Assembly: GCA_965242865.1 (NCBI GenBank)
Contig: CBDETK010000013.1
Location: 4,896,001 to 4,960,000 of the forward strand
Source: Candidatus Latescibacterota bacterium
Lineage (GTDB): Bacteria; Latescibacterota; UBA2968; UBA8231
Direction: 5' to 3'
Length of the DNA: 64,000 nucleotides
The notes beneath the pieces are model-generated. The model made no database searches and had not been told where the DNA came from. It was given only the letters and a program-made list of their open reading frames with translations. The translations under genes and the position numbers were made by a program. Positions 55,881 to 64,000 of this stretch are shown piece by piece (the stretch's first letter is position 1; every line of letters starts with the position of its first letter).

Positions 55881-56810
55881 TTAGCGGGAGAAACTCGCCT
55901 TGATATTTCCCCAGCTATCCGCCTCGACGGAAGTGCCCGTGTCCTCGCCCGGTACCCAGATGCTCTCATCATAGGGGAGCAGGACATAGTCGACCATAGC
56001 GGTAGCTTTGAAGTAGAGTTCTGTATCGCCGCTGTTGGTCCAGTAGCCGTTGTAGTTGCCTTCCGCACCGTCGTCGTCGTCCTGAACGGCAAAGCCAATA
56101 CCCATGATTTCTCCGGCCGCCATAGTATGGACGATCACCTCTTCGTCTTCTATGCCCGTAGAGCTCGTAGGCAAATCGTCGAAGGGAGTAAACCACATTT
56201 CCATGAACAGAGTTCCGGCCCCGCCGTTGATATCCCCCTCAAAACTCCATTTGGCACCAGAATAAGGCTCGACTCCGGCCCACGGAGCTCCGCCCCAGAG
56301 CCACATGTGGTTTTCTTGGTGCAGCGTGTAGCGGTAATTCTGGGACAAAGCCCCTTCCCATCTCTCCGGGTCCAAATCCGCCGATTGTACATTCTGGAAA
56401 ATAGCGTCGCCGCTATGGTCGAAGTCTAGGGTTACCTCGACCGTATCGAAATTATTTTCGATAGTCCCATAAAAGAGGTCGTCGAACCGTTCCTCCATGA
56501 AATACAAGAGGTTGGTCACTGGACTCCAGCCGAAAATGATGCGCTCAGCTAGATTGGAGGGGTCGGGGTCCCCTTGGGTGCCGGTGACAGTCTCGATTAG
56601 ATCTTCATGGGTCACCCAGAAAACCGAGGGTACGTTGTCCCATTCGCTTATGTCTCCGTCCATCTGGACATCTCTTACGCCATCGACTCCAATAGGCACC
56701 TGAACGGCGGCCCAGTTTCTGTCTGACCGCAGGTGAGCCGAACTGGACGCGACCGTGAAGAGGACAAGACCCAATGCCAAGAAGTTATAACTCATTGCTT
56801 TGTTCATCAC
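55881..56810 (-). CDS. Secreted DOMON/CBM9-like protein with C-terminal SWGNIK tail; paralog of 9348-10295
   Basis: Signal peptide (SSA-H); MDGDISEW...FGWS..TNLLY...FDD...DTVEVTLDFDHSG; ends GTSVEADSWGNIKASFSR. Confidence 0.78.
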   Translation of the reverse strand: MMNKAMSYNFLALGLVLFTVASSSAHLRSDRNWAAVQVPIGVDGVRDVQMDGDISEWDNVPSVFWVTHEDLIETVTGTQGDPDPSNLAERIIFGWSPVTNLLYFMEERFDDLFYGTIENNFDTVEVTLDFDHSGDAIFQNVQSADLDPERWEGALSQNYRYTLHQENHMWLWGGAPWAGVEPYSGAKWSFEGDINGGAGTLFMEMWFTPFDDLPTSSTGIEDEEVIVHTMAAGEIMGIGFAVQDDDDGAEGNYNGYWTNSGDTELYFKATAMVDYVLLPYDESIWVPGEDTGTSVEADSWGNIKASFSR

Positions 56811-56972
56811 CCAAAATCCTTTCTTAGGAAGAAAACTGCTGGTTGAGCGGTGGGCTGCTTAAGAGGTTTTTATCTCCTCCTTTCAAACCTTTGGTGGCAT
56901 GGCGAGCAAAGATACAAAATAAATCTCGGAATAACAATAAAAAGTAGAGTACCAGAAGATCAAGCTAATTTT

Positions 56973-58679
56973 TCATTTGGACATGGCGCGTCCCGAGTTG
57001 CTCTTTCCATCTATGTGGACAATGCCCTCGCCCTCTTGAAGCACCACGAGCCTATTGGCAGAGAGATTTTCAAATCGTTCCTCTAGGCCACTTGGCCAGC
57101 GCACTACCAACAAGTCGATGGCCTCTCTCTGCCCCAAGCCGAAATGGGCCCTCAAGTCATTGTGCGAAAGATAGCTAGCACCACTCCGAATTTCGGCACT
57201 TTGCGTGAGTCCTCCACAGCGAACCTCGACCCAGGCCCCTATACCGTCTCTATTGCTTTCAGTCCCTATAGTCTTGACCATTAACCAGTTGTTCTTATTG
57301 CCGCCGTCGTTGTGCAACAAAGTGGGGCGATCGTTTAGGTTCAGGACAAATATGTCCAGATCCCCATCATCGTCGTAATCCCCAAAGGAAGCCCCTCTGC
57401 TCACTTTTTTAATCCCCAAGCCCTCCCCCGATAGCTGCGAGACCTCGACGAAGGTGCCGTCGCCCAAGTTTTCAAAGAGTTGATTGGTCTGGGCATAGCT
57501 AGTGCCTAGATTGGCCCTGTCCAATTGTGGAAAGAGGTGGCCATTGGCGACGAAGAGATCTTTATCGCCATCGTTGTCATAGTCGAAAAACTCGGTGCCC
57601 CAAGCCAAAAACTGGAAACTCTCCTTGCCCACGCCTGCGTCAAAGCTGAGGTCGGAAAAGAACGCGCCGCGGTCGTTGTGGTAAAGCGTATTGGTTTGCT
57701 CCCAGAAGTTGGTGACGAATATATCTTGGTATAGGTCATTGTCGTAATCCCCATAGGCAATGCCCATACAGCCTTGAGCCTCGCCGCTTTCGCCATAGGC
57801 AGCACCGATCATCCAGCCGATGTCGGCAAAAGTGCCATCGCCTTGGTTTTGATAAAGGAAATTGGGGCCCGTGTCGTTGGCCACATAGATGTCCACATCG
57901 CCATCCCGGTCGTAATCGCCGCCGATCACGCCCATACCGTAGAGCCTATCTTGGTCCACCACTCGCGTCTCCACGGTCACATCCGCAAAAGTTCCGTCGC
58001 CTTGATTGCGATACAGGATATCCCCACCCCCCTTCATGCCGCGGGGCCCAAAGTGAACCCTTAAGCCTTTCCACATATAGGACCTATTAGGAGTGGTCTG
58101 CAGAAAGTGCTTGAAATCGACGTAGTTGGCTACGTACAAATCTAGGTATCCGTCGCTGTCGTAATCGAGGAAGGCACATCCTGTGCTGAACCGCTCGTCT
58201 CCTACTTGGGCGTACTCGGTTACATCGACAAAAGTCCCGTCGCCTTGATTGTCGTACAGTGCGTTCCTGCCGTAGTTGGTTATATAAATGTCCAAGTCGC
58301 CATCGTTGTCGTAATCGCCGACAGCGCATCCCATCCCCCAGCCAGCGTCGCCCAAGTTCGCTTCGTCGGTAGCATCGACGAATTTACCGTGCTCGTTTCT
58401 ATAAAAGGTATTGCGTGGATGCTCTTGGCCTGAAAAGCCAACCACTTTTGACCCGTTCAAGATGTACAAGTCCAAATCACCGTCTTGGTCGTAGTCGAAA
58501 AAAGCCGATCCTCCCATCATGCTATCGACCAAGTACGTCTGCTCCCTATCCCCGGAGACGTTCTGCGCCACAACCCCTACTTCCTCCGCTACATCCACGA
58601 ACTGGACTCGCCCCTCTACTTCCCGTCCTTCGATGGCTAAAAGCCGCGAGGAAATAAGGATTAGAAAAAAGAAATGCAT
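56973..58679 (-). CDS. CRTAC1-family protein (FG-GAP plus ASPIC/UnbV)
   Basis: GDYDNDGDLDI repeats; SNRDGIGA...HFGLG...WPSG. Confidence 0.92.
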   Translation of the reverse strand: MHFFFLILISSRLLAIEGREVEGRVQFVDVAEEVGVVAQNVSGDREQTYLVDSMMGGSAFFDYDQDGDLDLYILNGSKVVGFSGQEHPRNTFYRNEHGKFVDATDEANLGDAGWGMGCAVGDYDNDGDLDIYITNYGRNALYDNQGDGTFVDVTEYAQVGDERFSTGCAFLDYDSDGYLDLYVANYVDFKHFLQTTPNRSYMWKGLRVHFGPRGMKGGGDILYRNQGDGTFADVTVETRVVDQDRLYGMGVIGGDYDRDGDVDIYVANDTGPNFLYQNQGDGTFADIGWMIGAAYGESGEAQGCMGIAYGDYDNDLYQDIFVTNFWEQTNTLYHNDRGAFFSDLSFDAGVGKESFQFLAWGTEFFDYDNDGDKDLFVANGHLFPQLDRANLGTSYAQTNQLFENLGDGTFVEVSQLSGEGLGIKKVSRGASFGDYDDDGDLDIFVLNLNDRPTLLHNDGGNKNNWLMVKTIGTESNRDGIGAWVEVRCGGLTQSAEIRSGASYLSHNDLRAHFGLGQREAIDLLVVRWPSGLEERFENLSANRLVVLQEGEGIVHIDGKSNSGRAMSK

Positions 58680-58694
58680 ATAAACCAGCGGCCC

Positions 58695-60245
58695 CTATGG
58701 ATTGTGCGCCTGCTTTGGTTTGGCGTCCAAGCTCTGGATAATCTCCTGTTGATCTTCCGCTTCCCTATAGCGCCCTGCTTTGATATAGGCATCTTTGAGC
58801 AATTGGCGGTACTCGAGATTATGCGGGTCGAGACCGATGGCCAGCTTGTACTCGTTGATCGCCTTTATATATCTGCCCTGTTGGGTATAATGAGCGGCCA
58901 ATTCGCCGCGGTATTTTGGATTGTCAGGCACTAAGACGACCCGTTGTTCCATATCTGCTATATTGCCTTCGCGCAGTTTTTTGAAGATCTCCATTTCCTT
59001 GGCGCCCTCCGCGCCTCTTCCCTGTTTCAGATAGGCGTTGGCCAAGCCGAAATGTGCTTCGGCATTGTAGTAGTCGAGGTCGATGGCTTTTTTGAATTTG
59101 TCAGTCGCCTCTTCCCCTCTGCCGATCTTGGCGTACACAGCCCCCAAGGCGTAGTGGAAAATCGACCGGTCAGGCTCGAGCCGGATGGCCTGCTGGTATT
59201 CCTCAATAGCTTCTTGGTATTTTTTGTCTCTCGCGTAGATCATGCCGAGCCGGTAACGGGTGTAGGCCATATCGGGATTGACGGCGAGTGCCTTGACGAA
59301 CTGTTCCGCCGCTTGGTCGTACTGTCGTTGGCGTTCATAGGCCATACCCAGATTGTGCTGGAACCAACCGTTTTCAGGGGCCAACTCCACGGCCTTGCGA
59401 TGTTCCTCGACAGCGGCGGCTAGCTTGTCTTGGTCCGCCATGACAGCCCCCAGCAGGGCCAAGGACTGATCGGTGTAGACCAAGCCCAGTTTATCATGCA
59501 CATCGGCCCAGTTCGGCTCGAGTTGCAATGTTCTATGGAATGCTTCTGCGGCCTCTGAAAGCTTACCTATTGCCATGTAGGCGTTCCCCAAGACAAAGTG
59601 GATAGACGGTTCGTTGGCGACTGCCTTGGCCGCTTGCCGCAATTCCTCTATGGCTTGAGAATAGTCCCCTTCTTCTAGATATATCGTCCCGAGCCGGTAG
59701 CGAGAGGGGCCGTAGTCGGGGTTGATTTCGATAGCTGCGTTGAAATGCTCTGCTGCTTGAGTTAGCTCTTGGGTCTGCACGTAGATGACACCTAGGCCGT
59801 GGTGGGCGGGAAAGTACTTGGGGTCAGCCTCAATGGCCTTTTGGTAAGCAGCGAAAGCCTCGTCGTACTCTTGGCGAATAAAAAAAATTTTACCCAACTT
59901 GTAGTGTGCTGGTGCGTAGCCCGGATCAATCTGGAGTACCTTGGCAAATTCCTCTTCTGCCTCGCCCAATCGGCTTTGTAGGGCGTAAATGAAACCGAGA
60001 CCGTCGTGCGGATAGATATTATTGGCGTCTAGTTCTATCGCCTTCCGGTACTCTCTCTCCGCGCTTTCATAGTCGCCCTTTTGGGCATGGCTTATACCGA
60101 GTCTATAATGCTCTTGGCTCCTCGAGGAAGCTCCCACCTCCTGTCCATGCGCGGCTCCAAGGTGGTTCAGGGTACATATCAAGGAAATTACATGGCTGAT
60201 TCGACGAATGGTACTCGATACCTTGCGCGGACTTGGAAAATACAT
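58695..60245 (-). CDS. Tetratricopeptide-repeat protein (secreted)
   Basis: More than ten TPR units (HYRLG, AHYKLG, AHHGLG, AHFGLA); probable start ATG 60245, uncertain. Confidence 0.88.
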   Translation of the reverse strand: MYFPSPRKVSSTIRRISHVISLICTLNHLGAAHGQEVGASSRSQEHYRLGISHAQKGDYESAEREYRKAIELDANNIYPHDGLGFIYALQSRLGEAEEEFAKVLQIDPGYAPAHYKLGKIFFIRQEYDEAFAAYQKAIEADPKYFPAHHGLGVIYVQTQELTQAAEHFNAAIEINPDYGPSRYRLGTIYLEEGDYSQAIEELRQAAKAVANEPSIHFVLGNAYMAIGKLSEAAEAFHRTLQLEPNWADVHDKLGLVYTDQSLALLGAVMADQDKLAAAVEEHRKAVELAPENGWFQHNLGMAYERQRQYDQAAEQFVKALAVNPDMAYTRYRLGMIYARDKKYQEAIEEYQQAIRLEPDRSIFHYALGAVYAKIGRGEEATDKFKKAIDLDYYNAEAHFGLANAYLKQGRGAEGAKEMEIFKKLREGNIADMEQRVVLVPDNPKYRGELAAHYTQQGRYIKAINEYKLAIGLDPHNLEYRQLLKDAYIKAGRYREAEDQQEIIQSLDAKPKQAHNP

Positions 60246-60303
60246 AGAGCAATTGTCCTCTCTTAGAGAGCACCGTGAGTCTTGCCGAACGGGCCGGAGG
60301 AGA

Positions 60304-62562
60304 CTAGTGGGTGTGTGCCATCCCGTCCGACCTGTTGCCCGGGGCCATGGCGAAAGATTTGAACTGCCAGCGAGTCGGACGCGAATCTCCTTCGCGGATG
60401 TATATGCTTTGGTCCATTTCGATACCGTTGAAATGCTGCACTTCCCCGCTGGTGGGCCAGATGATTTCAATAGCTTGGATAGACTCAGCCTGTCCCAAGC
60501 CTATTTCGCATTGTAGGCTGGAGGCACCAAAACTGCCCCCGCTGGTCACCGTGGAATAAATGTCGCGGCGGCCATGTGGGGTCTTCACGCTCACCTTTAT
60601 GCGTGCTCCAATGGCGGCCCGATTGGTCTGCCGGCCCTCGAGCCGGAGCTTGATCCAGTGATTGCCGTGCCCCGGATTGGCAAAGAGGACGTTCTGATAG
60701 GTATCGCCGGTAAAAGCCCCGCCCATGACCGAAAAAATATCTTGGTCGCCATCGTGGTCAACATCGCCAAAAGCCACACCGTGGCCCTTTTGCAAATGCC
60801 CAAAGCCGCCCGAGGTGGTGACATCTTGGAAGAAATTGCCGTCGGCATTGCGGAACATGCGATTGGGGACTAGCGTAGCCATGTACGGGTCGCCGGTGCC
60901 GATATAACAATCCTGGTACCCGTCGTTGTCTAGATCGCCAAAGTTGCTGCCCATGGCGAGGAGAGGCTCGTCGAGCCTTACCTGGCGTGTGACATCGGTA
61001 AAAGTACCGTCGCCGTTGTTGCGGTATAGACGGGGCTCTTCGGCGCGGTGCGGCAAGCCCAAATAAGCGGCCGCCACGTCCGCTACCTCGCCCTTGAAAC
61101 CGGCGACGAATAGGTCCTGCCACCCGTCGTTGTCGTAGTCCCAGAACCAAGTCGGAAAACTGTAGGGCGGTCCAGCTACACCGGCCGTGGCCGTCACATC
61201 GGCGAAACGCCCACTCCCCTGATTGCGAAAGAGCAGATTGGACTCTTTGGGTGCCAGACGCGAGAGGTACAGGTCCAGTTGTCCATCGTTGTTGTAGTCG
61301 CCCCAGACTACTCCTTTGGTCCATCCGACCACATCGAGTCCCACTGCCTCGGCCACGTCAACGAATTGTACCGCCGACACTCCGCGCCCAGAGGCTGCGC
61401 CTTGGTTGCGGAACAATTCGCACGGATGAGTAGCCCGCCCCTGCGATTCGTTGCCGACAAATAGGTCGATCCACCCGTCGTTGTCAAAGTCGCCCCAAGC
61501 GGCCGTCTGCGTTGGGTGGAAAGTGAGCAAGCCGGCTGCCTCGGTCGCATCGAAAAATCGCCCATTTCCCCGATTGGCCAACAGCGAGTTGGGGTAGCGT
61601 CCCTCGTCGAGCCAAGCACCGCGCAGCACCAGCACATCCGCGTAGCCGTTGTTGTCGTAGTCGGCTTGACAGATATTCAAACCGCCCACAATCCCCTCCA
61701 AGCCTGCCGCTTGTGTGCGATCGGCGAAGGTGCCGTCCCCTTGGTTGCGGAAGTAGCGGAGTGGGTCGCGCAGGCCCCAAGATGAAGCCACGATGTCGAG
61801 ATAGCCATCGCCGTCAAAGTCTTCCATGATGGCCCCCCCCGAAAGTCCCACCACATCCAGCCCCAACTGGGGAGCGACATCGCGAAACCTCCCAATATCG
61901 TAGTCAGAGGCGAATGCTTCGGGTGGTATCAGCAAGTTCTGAGGGACCTCTTCTGGATACTGCCCCAGCGTCATATAGGCGATATTGAGCAACCAACGAG
62001 CCGACAAATCGCTTGGAGTTCTGCTCAGAACTCTCAAAAATTCCTCGACAGCGGCACTTGATCCGCGCTTGATTTGATGCACTCCAGGGCCGCGGATCGG
62101 CATTAGACAAGAGTCGATATTGTGTTGCACAATGCAGTTTTCTTGTTCGCCCAAACGGAGATAAGCCAAGCCCACTAGCAGTTGGAGAGAATGCCGAAGC
62201 CGAGGATGGTGGACCACAGTCTGTAGTTGCCGGTACTCCTGCACTGCTTGATCGGATTGACCGGCTTGCAGCAGTTCGTTGGCAAGGGAAAAGCGAGCTT
62301 GCAGGATTTGCTCGCGTCCTTGAGGATTGATAGCCGCACCGGATTGGCGTAGGTGGTCCAACCGAGCGCGGAAATATGCGACTCGGGCCAGATTCACATA
62401 CGGATGCGTGGCGGGATCGACATTGACGGCTATGTCTTCTAGGAGTCCGGCCATGCGCTGGGTACTGGCTGTCTGCTCTCGCTCAGCACAGGCTACCAAA
62501 ACAAAAAACCAGCCTGCAACCACTTGGACCCCGTATAGAGTGCTCTGCCTTATTATGGTCAT
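60304..62562 (-). CDS. CRTAC1-family lipoprotein with N-terminal helical/TPR-like Cys-containing extension
   Basis: Lipobox-like LVAC; LRLGEQENC...SC..PI; ARWLLNIAYMTLG; FG-GAP repeats; NRAAIGARI...GLG...WP. Confidence 0.88.
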   Translation of the reverse strand: MTIIRQSTLYGVQVVAGWFFVLVACAEREQTASTQRMAGLLEDIAVNVDPATHPYVNLARVAYFRARLDHLRQSGAAINPQGREQILQARFSLANELLQAGQSDQAVQEYRQLQTVVHHPRLRHSLQLLVGLAYLRLGEQENCIVQHNIDSCLMPIRGPGVHQIKRGSSAAVEEFLRVLSRTPSDLSARWLLNIAYMTLGQYPEEVPQNLLIPPEAFASDYDIGRFRDVAPQLGLDVVGLSGGAIMEDFDGDGYLDIVASSWGLRDPLRYFRNQGDGTFADRTQAAGLEGIVGGLNICQADYDNNGYADVLVLRGAWLDEGRYPNSLLANRGNGRFFDATEAAGLLTFHPTQTAAWGDFDNDGWIDLFVGNESQGRATHPCELFRNQGAASGRGVSAVQFVDVAEAVGLDVVGWTKGVVWGDYNNDGQLDLYLSRLAPKESNLLFRNQGSGRFADVTATAGVAGPPYSFPTWFWDYDNDGWQDLFVAGFKGEVADVAAAYLGLPHRAEEPRLYRNNGDGTFTDVTRQVRLDEPLLAMGSNFGDLDNDGYQDCYIGTGDPYMATLVPNRMFRNADGNFFQDVTTSGGFGHLQKGHGVAFGDVDHDGDQDIFSVMGGAFTGDTYQNVLFANPGHGNHWIKLRLEGRQTNRAAIGARIKVSVKTPHGRRDIYSTVTSGGSFGASSLQCEIGLGQAESIQAIEIIWPTSGEVQHFNGIEMDQSIYIREGDSRPTRWQFKSFAMAPGNRSDGMAHTH

Positions 62563-62824
62563 TATGGCCCACTGCCGCGCCGTTTATGTTTGCACTGGCA
62601 ACCGCCGAAAATTACAGCTATAAAGCACTGTGTGGCAACTCCTTTGATTTTCACTGCAAATCCAGCACCGAAAAACCAGCCATGCAGATTAGGATAGGCG
62701 GCCCTTCGACCCTGCGGCCTCAATGGGGCACGGGCGTCGCCGTTGCAAAATTGGTGAATCGGTGCGTTATTGCGTACAACGCCGCCCGGATTTACGGGAT
62801 TTGAACCGCGAGGAGGAACCCCCA

Positions 62825-64000
62825 ATGCCCCACGTATCCATTGCAGCCAAGACCCGCAAAACCCCGCCCCATTGGGCCGTGCGCCAACGCGACTTGATCG
62901 CCCTGATGGACCGCACGGCACGGCCCTTTGTCGAGCACAGTACCCGTCCAGACGGCACCCTGATCCAGCGCACGGAGTGGACCAGTATGGACGGCACGGA
63001 CAATGGCTACGAGGCCTTCCTTTCGTTCCCCCTGTTTTACCTGCTCGGCGGCGGCGAGCACATCTATCAGATCGCCTGCAAAGAGTGGGACGCCATCACT
63101 TGGCAGTACGCCAACTACGGCACGGTTGAGCGCGAGTTTGTCACTGGCTTTGATTGGTTCCACCACTCCGAGAGCTATACCTACATCTACTATTTGGCCT
63201 TGGCCGACCCCGCCCACCACATCAACCGCACCCGCGCCCTGCGCTACGCCGCCATGTACACCGGCGCCGACCCGCTGGCCCCCAACTGGGACGCCCAGCG
63301 CAACATGATCCGCTCGCCGCTCAACGGCAGCAAAGGCCCGCGCTTTGTCACCACCCAAGCCGATTGGGATTACCATCGGCCCATCCTAGCCCATTACCTA
63401 GCGCCCTTTGAGGATATTTTAGGGGCCGATAGCACCGACCCGCTCTTCAAGGTTGATTGGACGGACGACGACGTATTCGCCCAAGTCCTCAGCTTGATCA
63501 ACCAGCGCATGACCCGCGGCGACGTGCCCCTCAACTTGAGTGCCGCCAGCCTGATCACCAACGCCTATCTCTACACGGGCGACGACCAGTACAAAACTTG
63601 GGTGCTCAATTATTTGCAGGCGTGGGCAGAGCGCTGCGAGGCCAACGGCGGCATTATGCCCGACAATATTGGACCCGAGGGAACCATCGGCGAGTTGATG
63701 GACGGCAAATGGTGGGGCGGATACTACGGCTGGCGCTGGCCGCACGGGGCGCGCAACATCGTCGAGCCTGCGCTAGTGGCCGGCAGTTGCGCCCTGCTTA
63801 TGACCGGCGATGATTCCCAGCTGGACTTGGCCCGCTCGCAGCTCGACATGCTGTGGGAACAGCGGCGCACGGAGGACGGCCTCGTCAAAGTGCCGGCCCG
63901 CCATGGCGACCAAGGCTGGTTTGATTTTCGACCGCCCGACCCCTACTTGTATATTCATTTATATTACTTGAGCCAAAGCGAGCGGGATTTGGCCCGCCTC
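62825..64000 (+). CDS. Hypothetical protein, possibly an alpha/alpha-toroid glycosidase-like fold; 3' end runs off the window
   Basis: AGGAGG RBS, ATG 62825, open to the window end (manual translation: DGTDNGYEAF, DWFHHSE, RMTRGDVPLNL, PDNIG, KWWGGYYGWRWPHG). Fold is inference. Confidence 0.7.
   Translation, partial: MPHVSIAAKTRKTPPHWAVRQRDLIALMDRTARPFVEHSTRPDGTLIQRTEWTSMDGTDNGYEAFLSFPLFYLLGGGEHIYQIACKEWDAITWQYANYGTVEREFVTGFDWFHHSESYTYIYYLALADPAHHINRTRALRYAAMYTGADPLAPNWDAQRNMIRSPLNGSKGPRFVTTQADWDYHRPILAHYLAPFEDILGADSTDPLFKVDWTDDDVFAQVLSLINQRMTRGDVPLNLSAASLITNAYLYTGDDQYKTWVLNYLQAWAERCEANGGIMPDNIGPEGTIGELMDGKWWGGYYGWRWPHGARNIVEPALVAGSCALLMTGDDSQLDLARSQLDMLWEQRRTEDGLVKVPARHGDQGWFDFRPPDPYLYIHLYYLSQSERDLARL

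Noticed and set aside
62563-62824. Possible structured ncRNA or riboswitch in the divergent intergenic region
   Set aside because: Some GC pairing is possible but I recognise no family consensus; more simply a divergent promoter region at the island border.
1-64000. tRNA, rRNA, integrase or prophage genes
   Set aside because: None recognised by eye; the islands lack visible att sites.

Overview
GC-rich bacterial DNA with several visibly lower-GC blocks (about 20.2-26.3 kb, 32.2-35.3 kb and 42.2-62.7 kb; GC judged by eye, not computed). The gene content suggests an uncultured FCB-group lineage such as Latescibacterota or Poribacteria (inference): ASPIC/UnbV (CRTAC1) beta-propellers, TPR proteins, FlgD-Ig proteins and secreted proteins with a [TS]WGxIK tail. 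The ordinary background is a peptide ABC transporter, a sugar ABC transporter, enolase-superfamily dehydratases, a PhyH dioxygenase and exported amino-acid enzymes. The most striking structure is an unnamed cell-envelope cassette present twice in divergent form, at 9348-20160 (+) and 46634-56810 (-). Each copy has a DOMON/CBM9-like secreted protein ending in TSVEAx[ST]WGxIK, then an intrinsic terminator, then three paralogous discoidin-like proteins with a C-terminal PNGDxxND/FlgD-Ig domain, then a conserved ~880-900 aa acidic putative outer-membrane protein. Other elements: a defence-type island (orphan HicB, an unknown coupled gene pair, an MmeI-like RM enzyme, an orphan methyltransferase, a Cas2-like protein), a J-domain gene between hsdM and hsdS remnants, a complete IS982 with inverted repeats and target-site duplication, and a nested REP-like palindrome.
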